A DNA stretch of 64,000 nt from Anthoceros angustus (Eukaryota; Plantae; Anthocerotophyta): NCBI GenBank assembly GCA_010909165.1, contig VJWM01000025.1, positions 1,364,001-1,428,000 on the forward strand. Direction: 5' to 3'. The position numbers and the translations under genes were made by a program. Shown here one piece after another: positions 63,050 through 64,000 of this stretch. The notes beneath the pieces were generated by a model, which was not told the DNA's origin, did not search any database, and was given only the letters and a program-made list of their open reading frames with translations. Numbering within the stretch: the first letter of the stretch is position 1; every line of letters starts with the position of its first letter.

Positions 63050-63840
63050 TCATGATGGGGTCACGCTGTATCGGGATCAGCGATTGTAGCAAGTCCATGT
63101 ACGTAGAGAGAGGATATCGGTAATATCCTAACATATAGAAATGTCATGTATTGTTAGCCATGGGTTTCCAGGTAGGTCGTGACGCAGAATTACCAATCGA
63201 TTTGCTGGATCATAACAAGGAGATTCGCGCGGGAGCTGGTGAGGGTGACTAGACCGGGAAAACACAATCATGGAAAACGATGGAAGGCGATGCATGGCAG
63301 GAGGGAGCAGCGACAGGAGAGCGACAGGCGACTAGGCGCGGGATACAAGAGGCAAGCGTGCTTGGCTTAGGATAGTCTTGAGAGTCTCTTTGAGCCAGAG
63401 GGAGTGACGAGCTCCTGGCCGCTGTAACCGTTAGTGAATGCCGAAAGCTTGCTTGGGAATTTCGAGTGGATGTCCGAGTCTGACATTTGGTTTTGGGTTG
63501 CGGCACTATGCCTGGCTCCTGTTGCGAACTCTCAAACTCACCACGTTCGATCGGCTGATAGACGCTGATTGAATGAGGCATTTTGGATGGGAATTTAGCA
63601 GGATTGTTGCTTTCTTTTTCTAATCAGCTCTCAACCATATGGGCATACGGGTCGTAGTTGAGCTGTTGATCATGACATGGACGCGTTGCGATTGCTATGA
63701 CCAGGGTTGTGCTGGTGTGTGTTGGACATGTCGCGTTGCTGCAAATGCCTGCAGCCGGTTAGTGGTGTCAGCACATGCACAAGCTGTGAGAACAGGAGAT
63801 GTTGTGCTATTCCGATGTCCAGCTGTTTTTGCACGACACC

Positions 63841-64000
63841 TAAGGTCTTTGTGATCAATGCTTGTCGAGGAAGTGGCAGCCTTATCACAATCAAGAAAGC
63901 CGAGGACTCTGAAGTTGAGAAGAGCCAAGTGGTGAGCAAGAGAGCCGGAGAAGTCCGAGCCCTGCATTCTGTGCGCGATTGTCTCATTGTTTACTCCACC
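63841..64000 (+). CDS. Repeat of the caspase NACRG/linker segment continuing into the start of a p10-like subunit, running off the window
   Basis: 63841-63964 repeats 62926-63049 and then continues in frame as HSVRDCLIVYST, aligning with the caspase p10 start (compare caspase-3 PVEADFLYAYST). Confidence 0.75.

Noticed and set aside
62444-63055. Metacaspase call and a standalone 203-aa ORF
   Set aside because: The motifs (R-x-G-x-x-x-D, AHG, NACRG) do not match metacaspase D(S/A)CHSG. The ORF start lies in intron-like sequence upstream of an AG acceptor.

Overview
Eukaryotic, intron-containing DNA from a non-seed land plant, most likely a Selaginella-type lycophyte. This is inferred from short introns, plant-type RPL22, a PLS-PPR remnant, a TORNADO1-like gene and CRE-clade LINEs. 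Host genes at the left end are a receptor kinase with two phytocyanin/ENODL-like ectodomains on a WAK-type kinase (926-3653, minus), RPL22 (7150-7739, minus), and PPR and OPR remnants. About 10-56 kb is nested transposons: four Ty1/Copia elements, a CRE-like (RLE-type) non-LTR element, a CACTA remnant, a TIR MITE and several solo-LTR-like inserts with TGTGG..CCACA-type ends. The right end (about 56.4-64 kb) is the most striking part. A TORNADO1-like LRR-Roc-COR (Roco) gene is predicted to splice in frame onto a caspase-type p20/p10 protease domain (AHG...NACRG), which looks like an animal caspase rather than a plant metacaspase. Caveat: the sequence is noisy. It has several tandem duplications (9.8 kb, 2.3 kb, about 200 bp, 124 bp) whose copies differ by scattered small indels, so many frameshifts and duplications may be assembly artefacts. 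All assignments come from motif recognition by eye; no database search was run.
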